From the human T2T-CHM13v2.0 reference genome, Homo sapiens, in assembly GCF_009914755.1 (NCBI RefSeq), contig NC_060934.1: a stretch of DNA of 64,000 nt, one strand, 5' to 3'. The position numbers and the translations under genes are program-made. Shown one piece after another: positions 14,096 to 27,648 of this stretch (positions are counted from its first letter, which is position 1; each line of letters starts with the position of its first letter). The notes beneath the pieces are model-generated. The model made no database searches and was not told the DNA's origin. It saw only the letters and a program-made list of their open reading frames with translations.

Positions 14096-15473
14096 TGAGA
14101 GGTGACAGCCTGCTGGCAGTCCTCACAGCCCTCGTTCGCTCTGGCGCCTCCTCTGCCTGGGCTCCCACTTGGCGGCACTTGAAGAGCCCTTTAGCCCGCC
14201 GCTGCACTGTGGGAGCCCCTTTCTGGGCTGGCCAAAGCCGGCTCCCTCAGCTTGCGGGGAGGTGTGGAGGGAGAGGCGTGGGCGGGAACTGGGCCTGTGC
14301 GCGGTGCTTGCGGGCCAACGCGAGTTCCGGGTGGGTGTGGGCTCAGCGGACCCTGGACTCGGAGCTGCGGGGAGGCCCCACCGGCCCGGGCAGTGAGGGG
14401 CTTAGCACCTGGGCCAGTAGCTGCTGTGCTCAATTTCTCGCCGGGCCTTAGCTGCCTTCCCGTGGGGCAGGGCTCGGGACCTGCAGCCCGCCATGCCTGA
14501 GCGTCCCCATGGCTCCGTGGGCTCCTGTGCGGCTGAAGCCTCCCAGACGAACACCGCCCCCTGCTCCACCGTGCCCAGTCCCATCGACCACCCAAGGGCT
14601 GAGGAGTGTGGGCGCACAGCGCAGGACTGGCAGGCAGCTCCACCTGCAGCCCCAGTGCGGGATCCACTGGGTGAGGCCAGCTGGGCTCCTGAGTCTGGTG
14701 GGGAGGTGGAGAACCTTTGTGTCTAGCTCAGGGATTGTAAATACACCAATCGGCACTCTGTATCTAGCTCAAGGTTTGTAAACACACCAATCAGCACCCT
14801 GTGTCTAGCTCAGGGTTTGTGAATGCGCCAATTGACACTCTGTATCTAGCTACTCTGGAGGGAACTTGGAGAACCTTTGTGTCCACACCCTGTATCTAGC
14901 TAATCTGGTGGGGAGGTTGAAAACCTTTGTGTCTAGCTCAGGGATTGTAAACGCACCAATCAGCGCCCTGTCAAAACAGACCACTGGGCTCTACCAATCA
15001 GCAGGATGTGGGTGGGGCCAGATAAGAGAATAAAAGCAGGCTGCCCAAGCCAGCAGTGGCAACACTCAGGTCCCCTTCCACGGTGTGGAAGCTTTGTTCT
15101 TTCTCTCTTTGGAATAAATCTTGCTGCTGCCCACTCTTTGGGTCCACATTGCCTTTATGAGCTGTAACACTCACCACGAAGGTCTGCAGCTTCACTCCTG
15201 AAGCCAGCAAGACCACGAACCCACTGGGAGGAACAAACAACTCCAGACATGCCGCCTTAAGAGCTGTAACACTCACTGCGAAGGTCCGCAGCTTCACTCC
15301 TGAGCCGGCGAGACCACGAACCCACCAGAAGGAAGAAACTCCGAACACATCTGAACTTCAGAAGGAACAAACTCCGGACACGCCACCTTTAAGAACTGTT
15401 AACACTCACTGTGATGGTCCACGGCTTCATTCTTGAAGTCAGTGAGACCAAGAACCCACCAATTCCGGACACA
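14096..15473 (+). mobile_element. LTR12C-type (ERV9) solo LTR, complete
   Basis: Starts tgagaggtgacagc, ends ccaattccggacaca; GC/CpG-rich U3, CCAAT tandem repeats, three U5 repeats; 4 bp TSD ctac/ctcc (1 mismatch). Confidence 0.96.
14746..15118 (+). promoter_or_regulatory. ERV9 LTR enhancer/promoter core
   Basis: CCAAT at 14746, 14787, 14828, 14956, 14994; GATAA at 15021; AATAAAA TATA-like box 15029-15035; AATAAA 15113-15118. Activity not shown by sequence. Confidence 0.6.
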
Positions 15474-15511
15474 CTCCTATAACAAAATATTGCAAACTGG
15501 GTGGTTTAAAC

Positions 15512-16000
15512 CAGCAGTCCCCAACCTTTATGACACAAGGGACCAGTTTTGTGGAAGACCACTTTTCCACAGACTGGGGGCAAGGAAGATGGTTTCAGGA
15601 TGATTCAAGCGCATTACATTTATTGTGTATTTTATTTCTATTATTATTACATTCCAATATATAATGAAATAATTATACAACTCACCATAATGTAGAATCA
15701 GTGGGAGCCCTGAGATCATTTCCCTGCAACTACATAGTCCCATCTGGGGTCATGGGAGACAGTGACAGATCATCAGGCATTAGATTCTCCTAAGGAGCAC
15801 ACAACCTAGATCCCTTGCAGGCAAAATTCACAATAGGGTTTGCACTCCTGTGAGTATCTAATGCTTCTGTGAGAATTGTATTTGCAAACAAAATCACAAA
15901 TAAATAATCTAATGCCACCACTGATCTGACAGGAAGCAGAGCTCAAGCAGTAATGCGAGGGATGGGGAGTGGCTGTAAAATATAAATGAAGCTTTGCTGG
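15512..16000. mobile_element. MER1A (hAT-Charlie), one end deleted
   Basis: cagcagtccccaaccttt...gatggtttcaggatgattcaagcgcattacatttattgtg...gaatcagtgggagccctgag. Confidence 0.9.
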
Positions 16001-16153
16001 CTCACAGTTTGGGAGGCCAGTAGTCAGAGATCAAGGTGTTGGTTCCTTCTGAGGGCTGTGAGAGAGAACCTGTTCCATGCCTTTCTCCTGACTTCTGGTG
16101 GCATACTGGCAATCTGTGGCATTCCTTGGCTTGCAGAGGTGTCACTCTAATCT

Positions 16154-16591
16154 TGTTACCAAAGTTTCAGGGGTTCAGTCTAGGTCCTGCTGCTCACTGC
16201 ACAGAAAGCCAATGACCGAGACAATGATTTTTGCCAAAGAAGAAGGCTTTATCAGGTGCTGCAGCCAAAGAGATGGGAGATTTGTCTCAAATCCATTTCC
16301 CTGACAGGCTAAAATTAGGGGTTTATAGCAGGGAAGAAATGCAACAATGTGTGGGAAAACAGGAACTCGGGAGGGGTAAAGGACAAAAATGAGGAGTCTG
16401 GTGTCTGACAGTCAGGATGCAGTAACCCGGTGAGTTTCAGTTTTTCGATACTTTTTGAGAGACCTGAGGGTCCTTTCCTAAGGAAGGAACTCAAATAAAA
16501 CAAGTGTAAGTTTCCAGCTTTAAAAAAACAGAAGGGTCAATTTCTATGTTTAGCTCAAAGTACTGTCTATAAGACTATTGGGTCAGTTTCA
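16154..16591 (-). mobile_element. ERV solo LTR (LTR47-like)
   Basis: Minus strand reads tgaaactgacccaatagtc...ggtaaca (TG...CA, 438 bp) with TATA-like and poly(A)-like motifs; subfamily name from memory. Confidence 0.75.
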
Positions 16592-16760
16592 AGCTCAAAA
16601 CCAGGGTAACCAGGGATGAGAGAGGGGTAGGAGAAAAGAGGTCGAGGGGATGGTTTGCCAGGAATGAGGAAGAAGTGAACTTTCTGGATTTTGCCTTCAT
16701 CTTCAATTGGTGTTCTTCCTGTGTGCATGTCTCTGTGTCTAAATTTCCCCGCCCCCCACC

Positions 16761-17117
<357 letters not shown>

Positions 17118-17675
17118 TAACTACTTACATCTGCAATGACCCTATTTCCAAATAAGGTCATATTCTAAGGTACTGGGGACTAGGAGCTCAAAATATGAAT
17201 GGGGAGGGAGACACAATTCAACCCATAAACGAGACTGTAAGAAAATAGCTGCTCATGTTATCTGCTCATTTGTTTAAAAAAAAAAAAAAAAGTAATAGTA
17301 AGCAAGAGGGGTTGAAACCAAAAGCCAAAGAGCCTGGTAACCAGCGATGAGAGAGGAGTAGGAAAAAAGAGGTCAAGGGGATGGTTTGCCAGGAATGAGG
17401 AAGAAGTGAAATTTCTGGATTTTGTTTTTGTTTTGTTTTGATATAGCACTTAATCTGAGAACCACAGTACTATTTCAAATGGCCTCCTCCTGCTGAAAAA
17501 AATAAACAATTAAAACCAGCCAAGATGTACAAGGAATCCAAAACTGAATATAAAGAGTAACAAATGATCCTAGCTATATTACAAATATGTGTTACATAAC
17601 CATGCTGCTAGGCAAGAAGAAAATTACCCTGAATAACTTTGGAAAACAGTATCTTGATTAGAAACTATAAGGCTA

Positions 17676-17989
<314 letters not shown>

Positions 17990-19227
17990 CTATAAGGCTA
18001 AAGACAAAACTGTACAGAAATACTACAGTCTAGCTGGTGAATGTGTTTCTCAGAGAGGCATGGGTTAGCAATTTCAAATTGTTTTATGTGTATGTTAGAA
18101 TTGAGCAAATAAGCATATAGTAGATGAAAGGCAGGTTTATCATTGTTGGAGAAAAAAATTACAAATAAGGAAAAATGAAAAGTTAGAATAAACCTCATGT
18201 TGTTAGAATGGTATCAGAGGTATTAGTAAGCTGAGACTATTTTATGTATACAAAGACACAGATAAATACAGAAGAATAGATGCATGTATATGCATAGGTT
18301 AGCATACATATACTTCCCAGCTCTGTTCAGAGGCCAGAAGCAAAGACACTTTAGTAGCAATGAGCACACTTATCACCCAGATATTGGTTTCTAAACATCA
18401 TTTTCCAGTGAAATAAACCAGGGCTCCTTAGAGAAGTAATTGATTCCAGGATTGAGGGAAGTGATGTATGAGATGAGCTTGGAACATCAGAAAATAAGGA
18501 TGTACTCAAAGAAAAAGACAGTGACTTGTCAAGAAAAAAAAAAAAAAAAACAAGAGACAACCTGAAAGAGGGCCTAATGGCCAAAGCTGGAAAAATTTGA
18601 GCAAAATAAAAAACACAGTATTAGATTTTAACCCATAAGATAATACATGTGTCTATAGTGATATTAGTAATCAAATAAATGAAGGAGAAGGGACAGCTCT
18701 TCCTTACAGAACAATTCTAATAAATACAGAAGAAAAGAGGGAAACAGAAAATTGCCATTAGACAAACATCACAGCAAAAACTGTGACAGGTAAGATGCAC
18801 TTATGAATGCTAAAATTAGGAAGTGAAAGTTTAAGGAAAAACTATATTTGCCTCATCTCAAAGAATCACTCCAAGATACTTACCAACTACAAAAACGATG
18901 GTAACTTTAAAGTGGAATAACCTAGCAGACACCACCTTCACCAAGTGATCAAAGTTAGTATGACCAGTAACAACACATATTGATTTCAGGATGCGTTGAT
19001 AGGATGTGCTTAGAAGGACACAGCAGCATCTCCGTCGTATGTGCTCCAAAAATACATAGCTTTGTAACTATTACAAAATATCAGACAAACCCATATTAAG
19101 ACACCTTCTACAAAATAACTGACCAGTACTCTTCAAAAGTATCAAGGTCATGGCAGAAAGGAAAGAGTGAGACACTGTCATGGATTGGAGATTAAGAGAA
19201 ATAACAACTGGATAAAACATACGATCC

Positions 19228-21300
19228 TCCCTTGAGAATGAGAACAATCAATATAAGGGTGCATACTCTCACCACTCCTATTCAACATACTACTGGAAAT
19301 CTAGCCAGAGCAATCAGGCAAGAGGAAGAAGTAAAAGCATTCAAATAGGAAGAGAGGAGGTCAAACTAACTCTCTTCATAGATTATATAATTCTATGTGT
19401 AGAAAACCCCATAGTCTCTGCCCCAAAGCAGAGACTTGATCTGATAAACAACTTTAGCAAAGTTTCAGGATACAAAAATCAATGTACAAAATCAATAACA
19501 CTTGTAGGATCAATAATGTCCAAGATGAGAGCTAAATCAAGGATGCAATCCCATTTGCAACAAAAAGAATAAAATCCCTAGGAATACAGCTAACTAGGGA
19601 GGTTAAAGATCTCTACAATTATAATTACAAAACACTGCTGAAAGAAATCAAAGATGACACAAACAAATGGAAAAACATTCCATGCTCATGGATAGGAAGA
19701 CTCAATATTGTTAAAATAGCTGTACTGCCCAAAGAGATTTATAAATTCAATGCTATTCCTAACTACTAATGTCATTTTTCACAGAATTAAAAAAAAAAAC
19801 TGTTCTGAAATTCATATGGAACCAAAAAGAGCCTGAATAGCCAAAGAATTCCTAAGCAAAAAGAACAAAGCCAGAGGCATCACACTACTCAACTTCAAAC
19901 TATACTACAAGGTTGCAATAGCCAAAACACATGTTACTGGTACCAAAACAGACACATAGACCAATGGAGCCGGTTAGAGAACTCAGAAATAAAGCCACAT
20001 GCCTACAACCATCTGATCTTCAACAAAGTCAACAATAACAAGCAATGGGAAAACTATTCTTTATTCAATAAATAGTGCTAGGATGACTGGCTAGCCATAT
20101 GAAGATTGAAAGTGGAACCTTTCCTTTTACCATATACAAATATCAACTCAAGATGCATTAAAGATTTAAACAAACTCCGGAACTATAAACACCATAGAAG
20201 AAAACCTAGGAAATACTATTATGGGCATGGCTCTTGGCAAAGATTTCAAAAGCAATTGCAACAACAACAAAAATTGACAAGTGAGACCTAATTAAAGAGC
20301 TTCTGCACAGCAAAAGAAACTATCAACAGAGTAAACCTTCAGAATGGGAGAAAATATTTGCAAACTATGCATTTAACCAAAGTCTAATATCCAGAATCTA
20401 TGAAGAACTAAAACAAATCAACAAGCAAAACACAAACAACTCCATTTAAAAAATGGGCAAATAACACAAATAGACATTTCTCAAAAGAAGACAAATACGT
20501 GGCCAACAAGCATATGAAAAAATGCTCAACATCACTAATCACTAGAGAATTGCATGTCAAAACCACGATGAGATACCATCTTATACCAGTCAGAATGGCT
20601 ATTATTAAAAAGTAAAAAAAATAACAGATGTTGCCAAGGTTGCAGAGCAAACGGAACACTTATACGCTGCTGGTGGGAATGTAAATTAGTTCGGCCTCTG
20701 TGGAAAGCAGCTTGGGAAATTTCTCAAAGAACTTAAAACAGAACTGCCACCATTCAACCCAGCAATCCCATTACTAGGTATAAACTCAAAGAAATATAAA
20801 TCATTCTACCATAAAGATACATGCACATATATGTTCATTGCAGCACTTTTCACATTAGAAAAGACATGGAATCGACCCAGATGCCCATCAATGGTGGACT
20901 GGATAATAAAATGTGGTACACATAGTCCATGGAATACTATGCAAGTATAAAAAATAATGAAATCATGTCCTTTGCAGCAACATGAATGCAGCTAGAGAAC
21001 ATTATCCTAAGTGAATTAATGCAGGAACAGAAAACCAAATACCACCTGTTCTCACTTTGAAGCGGGAACTAAACATTGAGTACACACTGACACAAAGAGG
21101 GAAACAATAGCCACTGGGGCTTACGTGAAGGTGGGCAGAAAATGAGGACAGAAAAACTACCTATTGGGTACTATGCTCACTACCTGGGTGACAAAATCGT
21201 TTGTACACCAAATTCCCACAACACACAATTTACCCATATAACATACCTGCACATATACTCCCTAAACCTAAAATAAAAGTTGGAAGAAAAAATAAATAAA
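19228..21300 (+). mobile_element. 5'-truncated older L1PA (L1PA15/16-like): 3' part of ORF2 plus 3' UTR
   Basis: Continuous degenerate ORF2 sequence; 3' UTR tacctattgggtactatgctcactacctgggtgac; A-rich tail. Confidence 0.9.
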
Positions 21301-21589
21301 TACGTGAGATCCTGAATAGGATCCTGGAACAGAAAAGGATATTAGTGGAAAAGTGTAAAATTCCAATAAAGTCTACAGTTCTGTTTATTGCATTGTTCTT
21401 ATGTTAATTTCCTGGTTTCGTTCATTGCACTGTGGTTATGTAAGATGTTAACAATAGGAAAAACTGGGTGAGAGGTATATGAAAACTCTCCGTACTATTT
21501 TTGCAACTTTGCTGAAAGCCTAAAATTAGTTCAACATCTTAAAATTTAACAACAACAACAACAAAACCCTACATTAAAAATGAATAGGG

Positions 21590-21930
21590 CTTTTGGTATG
21601 GTGGTTCCTCAAAAAACTAAAAATAGAATTACCATATAATCCAGCAATTCCACTTCTGAGTATATAACCAAAGCAGGGACTTGACCAGATATGTGTACAC
21701 CCATGTTCATGGCAGTATATTCACAATAGCCAAAACGTAGAAGCAACCCAAGTCTTCATCAGTGGATGAATAGATAAACAAAATGTGGTATATACAGAAA
21801 ATGGAATATAATTCAGGATTAAAGCAGAGGGAAATCCTGCCCCATGCTACACGGATGAATTTGAAGGCATTATGCTAAATAAAGTAAGCCAGTCACAAAA
21901 GGATAAATACTGTATTATTCCACTTATAAG
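21590..21930 (+). mobile_element. L1MB-like 3' fragment
   Basis: gttcctcaaaaaactaaaaatagaattaccatataatccagcaattccacttctg...agccagtcacaaaagga. Confidence 0.85.
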
Positions 21931-21931
21931 A

Positions 21932-22285
21932 TGCTATGATCTGAATGTTTGTGCCCCCCTCCAACCCTCACCAAATTCATACATTGGAACCTAATCCTCA
22001 AGCTGATAGTAGAAGGTGGGGCCTTGGGGAAGTGATTAGGTCATGAGGTCTGTTCCCTCATGAAAGGGATTAGTGCCCTTATAAAAGAGACCCCAGAGAA
22101 CTATATGACCCCATTCCACAATAGGAGCAAACAGTATAAAGGTGCCATCTGTGAGGAATGAGCCCTCGCCAGACACTGCCAGCGCCTTGATCTTGGACTT
22201 CCCAGCCTCCAGAACTGTGAGAAATAAATTTCTATTGTGTATAAGTTCCCCAGTCTAAGGCATTTTGGTATTGCAGCTCAAATGG
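21932..22285 (+). mobile_element. MLT1A-like MaLR solo LTR
   Basis: tgctatgatctgaatgtttgtg...ccttgatcttggacttcccagcctccagaactgtgagaaataaat. Confidence 0.9.
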
Positions 22286-24305
22286 TGCATGGTGGCACAG
22301 TTCCAGCTACTCGGGTGAATTGCTTGAGCCTAGGAGTTTGCATTTGCACCACTGCACACCCTGCACTTTAATTTTTATAACTAAAAATTATTCACATCAA
22401 AGTTTTTTGATATTGTTTGCTGGTCAAGATGCTTCCAACATGAGTTTTCTGTACAAACAATGTTTTATTGCTTAAATTCATCCTCCTCATGGTCTCCCAT
22501 AGAGTAGGACACAAATTCCTAAATCAATATAGTCAATAAAAGAACTATAACTTTTCACCCCAGGAAATTCAGCCCATCCATAGTCAAACCCGGCTGCTCC
22601 TAAACTTGCTCCTCATTCTTCCCCTGTCTTGATCTAAAATGTCTTTTCCTTCACCTGCTCTCTTGTTCTTTCAATTCCTGGAGTATTTTCCCCATGAAAA
22701 CCTCTCCCAACAGCCTCTAGGCAGAGTTAGCCTTATCCTTTCCTGGTCTCCCACCACTTTCCAAATGTAGTTGGCAATGACGCTCTAGCACTTTTTACCA
22801 TGTTGCATTCTGAATGTCTGTTTACACTGCTGGCTGCCCAAATAGACTTCTAAGCTCCAAGGAGACCAAGAGTCTCATCAAACCACACCTGAGTTGCGAC
22901 AGAACGTACCTTTGTTTTCGAGCCAGTCATGCACAAGGGCTTGCATTGGGGTCATGCTTCCCATTAGGCCGACCCAGGATATGGACTCCAGTTCTAATGC
23001 TTGGGCTTCCAATGTCCCTGTCCCCAACCCCTCCATAGCTGCTTCATCCTAATCACAGAGCCTTGACTTTGCTCCTTAGCCCAAGCTTCTCCAATTTTCT
23101 AAGCCATATTTTATTAATACAAAGAATCAGCTTGCAATGCTCCATCCACTGCCCAGGGACTAGAATCCAGGCCTCATGCCTCAGGTGGAAGCTGCACCCT
23201 GTTTTGTAGGCAAGGATTTGAGACGTTGGGCACCCCTGCCTCTTGATTGGCCCCCTGCTGCAGAGGAGCTCTCACATCTCCCCACTGCCTCCCACTCTAG
23301 CCATGCAACCCCCCAACTGATAGATAAACACTATCTAGGAATCAGGCTCTGTTACCAATTCTACCTGGTTCACTGTTTTCATAGAGTAGGAAAGAGCTCC
23401 AGAAAACTCCTGAATTAATACAATTATAATTATTAACACAATTATGTAATAATATAAACCATAGCCATCTTTCAATATTAACTTATATGATTATAAATAA
23501 TCAATGTGATTCTTCCCCATCCCAATAAGGGATCCTAGACTTTCACAAGCAAATTATCTTATTAAAAAATCAGCTAGTGTCAACAACCTACAGCTTTCCT
23601 CTTCTTCCTCTGTGCTCCCTGATTTGTGAGCTACATACTGTGAAAACTACGCACTGTGAAAAATATTGGCACCTGAGAAAACTTACAGCGTTTTGAAGCG
23701 CAAGAAGAGAGGGAGTCGGGGTGAGAGGGTGAACCAAGGGAGGAGAACATAAATGTCACTGTCACTCCTGGATTTGTATAACTTAATTAAATCAGATTGC
23801 ATTCCCCCAAGCCCTAGCTAATTGAAATTGTTTGGACTAAGGACATAGGAGTTTTAATATGAGACAATAAATGAGTGTAATAATTTTGGTTCAGAGATCA
23901 TTGGATGAACTGAAGCAGGCTGGATATAATCCTATAGTCGGGGAATTAGGAGATTATGAAAGCAATGAGTGGAGCATTGAGCACAGAAATACCCAAGGGG
24001 GGTTCAAAAATGGCATGAGAGCTTCAACAAAGACCAACTGTGAGCTTCGAGAAAGCTCCTTTGCTTACAATCCATGGACATACTCTTCTCAAAATATAAA
24101 AAAAACAACAGATTTTTACACGAGATAGATTCCTTAGCACTGAAAACATGAAAAGCCCAGGACATACAGTAGACTTACCCAAAAGTCACAGAATCATGAG
24201 AATTCAAGCAGGAAGCAAAACTAGATGATATCGTCAGTGGTTCTCAACTCTAAGCGGAGGAACCATGTTATGTCAGAAAACCTCACAAACGCCCTTTATG
24301 GTAGC

Positions 24306-24609
<304 letters not shown>

Positions 24610-26184
24610 TATAATAGCATTTTATCTCTTAATTGAAAAAAAGATTATACACACATACACACACATATATAATACTTATTAATTCAGAAACTGTGTTGAT
24701 TCACGCTTTCAATCCTGAAAGCACCTACACATACTGAACAACTAGTGGTATTGTGTATGCAGGGGTTTGGTGTGTGTATGAATTCAAAGATTCTTTTTAC
24801 CCCAAGACTCTCCATCACCATCTCTAGGATGGTGCAGTGACTGCACATAGGTAGAAAATTCACCGCTGAGTTTGGGAAAAGGGTGCCATCCTCAACCTAA
24901 CACACCTGTAGCTCTGCTTATGATGCCTGCAGGTAACTTTCTTTGGAGAGAAAAATAAAACATGCCACACATTCCCTTCTGTGAGCAAGGTGGCGGTCAA
25001 GGACAGTTTCGCTTTTGACTAGAACACTGGAACGAAGTACCTGATGCAATTCCAAAACCGTTTCTGATTTTTGGTCTAGAAACTGAGTTATTCCTACCAT
25101 GAGACTGTAACATATGCTCCATTCTTCCCGAAGAGATACTTCCATTTTTATTAACTATGCATCTTGCAATGTGACAGCCAGAAGTGCCCCCCTTCTTTTG
25201 CAAACAGTTAAATGATTCCTCTGAGAGCATCTGGTCCCTGGAATATGTGAGGTAGCATGCCCTGTTCACAAGGGGCCTTGATCTTCAAACCTTATCAAAT
25301 AAAACATTTTGGAGAGCTTGCTCAGAATAAAGATGAGAAAAACTGGAGGCCTGGGATGGTGTGGTTTGAAGTCTGTGCACTGAATCAAAGTACCTCAGTC
25401 TCAGTCTCACCTGAAATGGCTGTAAAAAGGCATTCAACTCTTTTGTAAGCTGGCTAGCGGGTCTTTATTTCCTACATGTGCAACAGTCTTTACTTCCTAC
25501 GCTGTGTCCTACACAGACAGTCTTTATTTCCTACACGTGCAACAAATGTTCTTTTGTGTTTACTATTTGATTTTTAAATTTTTCTTTAAAGGGACTGAAA
25601 CAACAAAAATATCATAATCAAGAAAGGCAAAGATACCCCTAAATGCTAAAGTAATTGCACAAGGACAGAGTTAGTAAAACCCAGTAAATTATTATAATGA
25701 ATAAAAATAATTCTGAAAGCAGCTGCCTGCTTTGTTCAAATATCAGAGAGTGAGGGCTTTGCAGATGGGTAACATTTTGGACACTTCAGCAAGACTAAAA
25801 ATAACTGGCCCTAGGTAACTAAAGGCTATCTTTGTTTTGGTTGTTTTCTGTATCCTCTGTCTCAGTTTTCTCTTCTGCGATACGCTGATAAGAATAGCTT
25901 GACCAATGGTTTGTTACAAAAATTAAATTACACAAATCATGTAAAATAGCTAGCACAGGGCGTGCTGCATGGGAAATGTCTAGTAAGTAATAACAATTAT
26001 TATCATGCTATAGTCAGAGTTCTCAGTTGCTGTGGCAGAGGAGTCTGGCCAGTGCATAAGAATCACCAATGCTGGTTACTGTTGTTGTTATGATTTTTTG
26101 TTTTTTAAACTCAGAAATTTGGGTGTATTCACCACTCACCTCAGAGCTACTAGTGATTCAGAATCCCCAAGACTGAGATCTGAC

Positions 26185-26386
26185 TATATATATATGTGTA
26201 TATATATATATGTGTGTGTGTGTATATATGTGTGTGTGTATATATGTGTGTGTATATATATGTGTATATATGTGTGTATATATGTATATATATGTGTATA
26301 TGTGTGTACATATGTATATATATGTATTTATATGTGTATATGTATATATATACACACACACATATATATACATATACATATATATG

Positions 26387-26417
<31 letters not shown>
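26185..26417. repeat. Compound (TA)/(TG)/(CA) microsatellite
   Basis: ~230 nt of mixed dinucleotide repeats; source of the CVYI-rich ORFs. Confidence 0.97.
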
Positions 26418-26419
<2 letters not shown>

Positions 26420-27339
26420 TAAAGTTCTACAGATTTTCCAATCAAGATAGAGTAACAGGAGTGGATTTACTCTCGTATCTGAAACAAACACCCAGGCAAA
26501 AATACAGGAAATAACAGTTTTCATGACACCGGGCATGAGGCAATAGAAACCCATGATCCCCGAGAGACAGGAAACAAACGAGGAGAGCCCTGCAGTTGCC
26601 TTGAGAGAATCCGCAGGATGTGGCACCAAGAAGGGAAACTGAGGCAGAGCTTCACAGACTCCCTGAGTTGAGGATACACTCAGCAGATTGCCAGAGGAGT
26701 GAGGACCCAGAGAAGCACTCTCATCTGCCCTTTCTGCAGGGCTCTGAGCTCCTCATGGTCAATCCCAGCCTGATTTTTGCTGCTTTGTTTTTCTGTGTAC
26801 CCCAGCTTCTCCACATGAATGCTGTGACAGGTCCTGGCTCTCCTCCCTCCATTTTCCTCTCAAAATTTGGCCATTCATCAGTAACTTTGATCTTCCTTCT
26901 GAGGAGAACTGACATGTGATATCCCTAGTCAGCCATCATGAGGTTGAAATCCTGAGCTGAGGATACAAGGCTGAGAGCCCAGGAAGACCAAGGCAGCTAG
27001 AGATCACAGGACAGAGAGAAGTGAGCTGCATAGAAAGAAAAGCCCAGAGATCTGTGGAGGGTCCTCAAGGATTCAGCAGAGGACTAATCAGTGCATGGGT
27101 GTAAGAAAACTACGCAAGACAAGGGAAAGCACAATAAAAAGGATTAGAGAAAACAACGCCTGGTACTCACACAGGACTAAGGATAGTGCTAGTTCCCTCC
27201 AGTCAGATTGAAAACAACTCGCAATTCATGAGGCATTGTGCAGAGTACTCTGGAAAGTCTTGCCTCAGTAGTAAGGAATAATTAGCCCTGGAATGAGCCA
27301 AGCTCTGGACCAACCTAACAAGTCATAAACATAAGACTT

Positions 27340-27648
27340 GGCCAGGCGCAGTGGCTCACGCCAGTAATCCCAGCACTTTGGGAGGCCGAGGCAGGCTGAT
27401 CACAAGGTCAGGAGATCGAGACCATTCTGGCTAACATGATGAAACCCCATCTCTACTAAAAAAGCAAAAAATTAGCCAGGCGTGGTAGTGGGCACCTGTG
27501 GTCCCAGATACTCGGGAGGCTGAGGCAGGAGAATGTCATGAACCCAGGAGGCAGAGCTGACAGTGAGCCGAGATCGCGCCACTGCATTCCAGCCTGGGCA
27601 ACAGTGTGAGACTCTGTCTCAAAAAAAATTAAATAAATAAATAAAAAA
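27340..27648 (+). mobile_element. AluY/Sc
   Basis: Full Alu; TSD aaacataagact/aaacataggact. Confidence 0.96.

Noticed and set aside
14169-15348. Cluster of long GC-rich ORFs (up to 158 aa) and CpG-island-like composition
   Set aside because: Entirely inside the LTR12C; stop-poor GC-rich LTR sequence, not a gene.
14700-15445. Spaced direct repeats superficially like a CRISPR array
   Set aside because: These are the normal U3 and U5 tandem repeats of ERV9 LTRs; eukaryotic DNA, no cas genes.
23871-24128. 85 aa ORF with protein-like composition
   Set aside because: Not recognised; no TSD or clear poly(A) tail to support a processed pseudogene.
26032-26629. ~160 aa Cys/Val/Tyr/Ile- and His/Thr-rich ORFs
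   Set aside because: Dinucleotide microsatellite artefacts.
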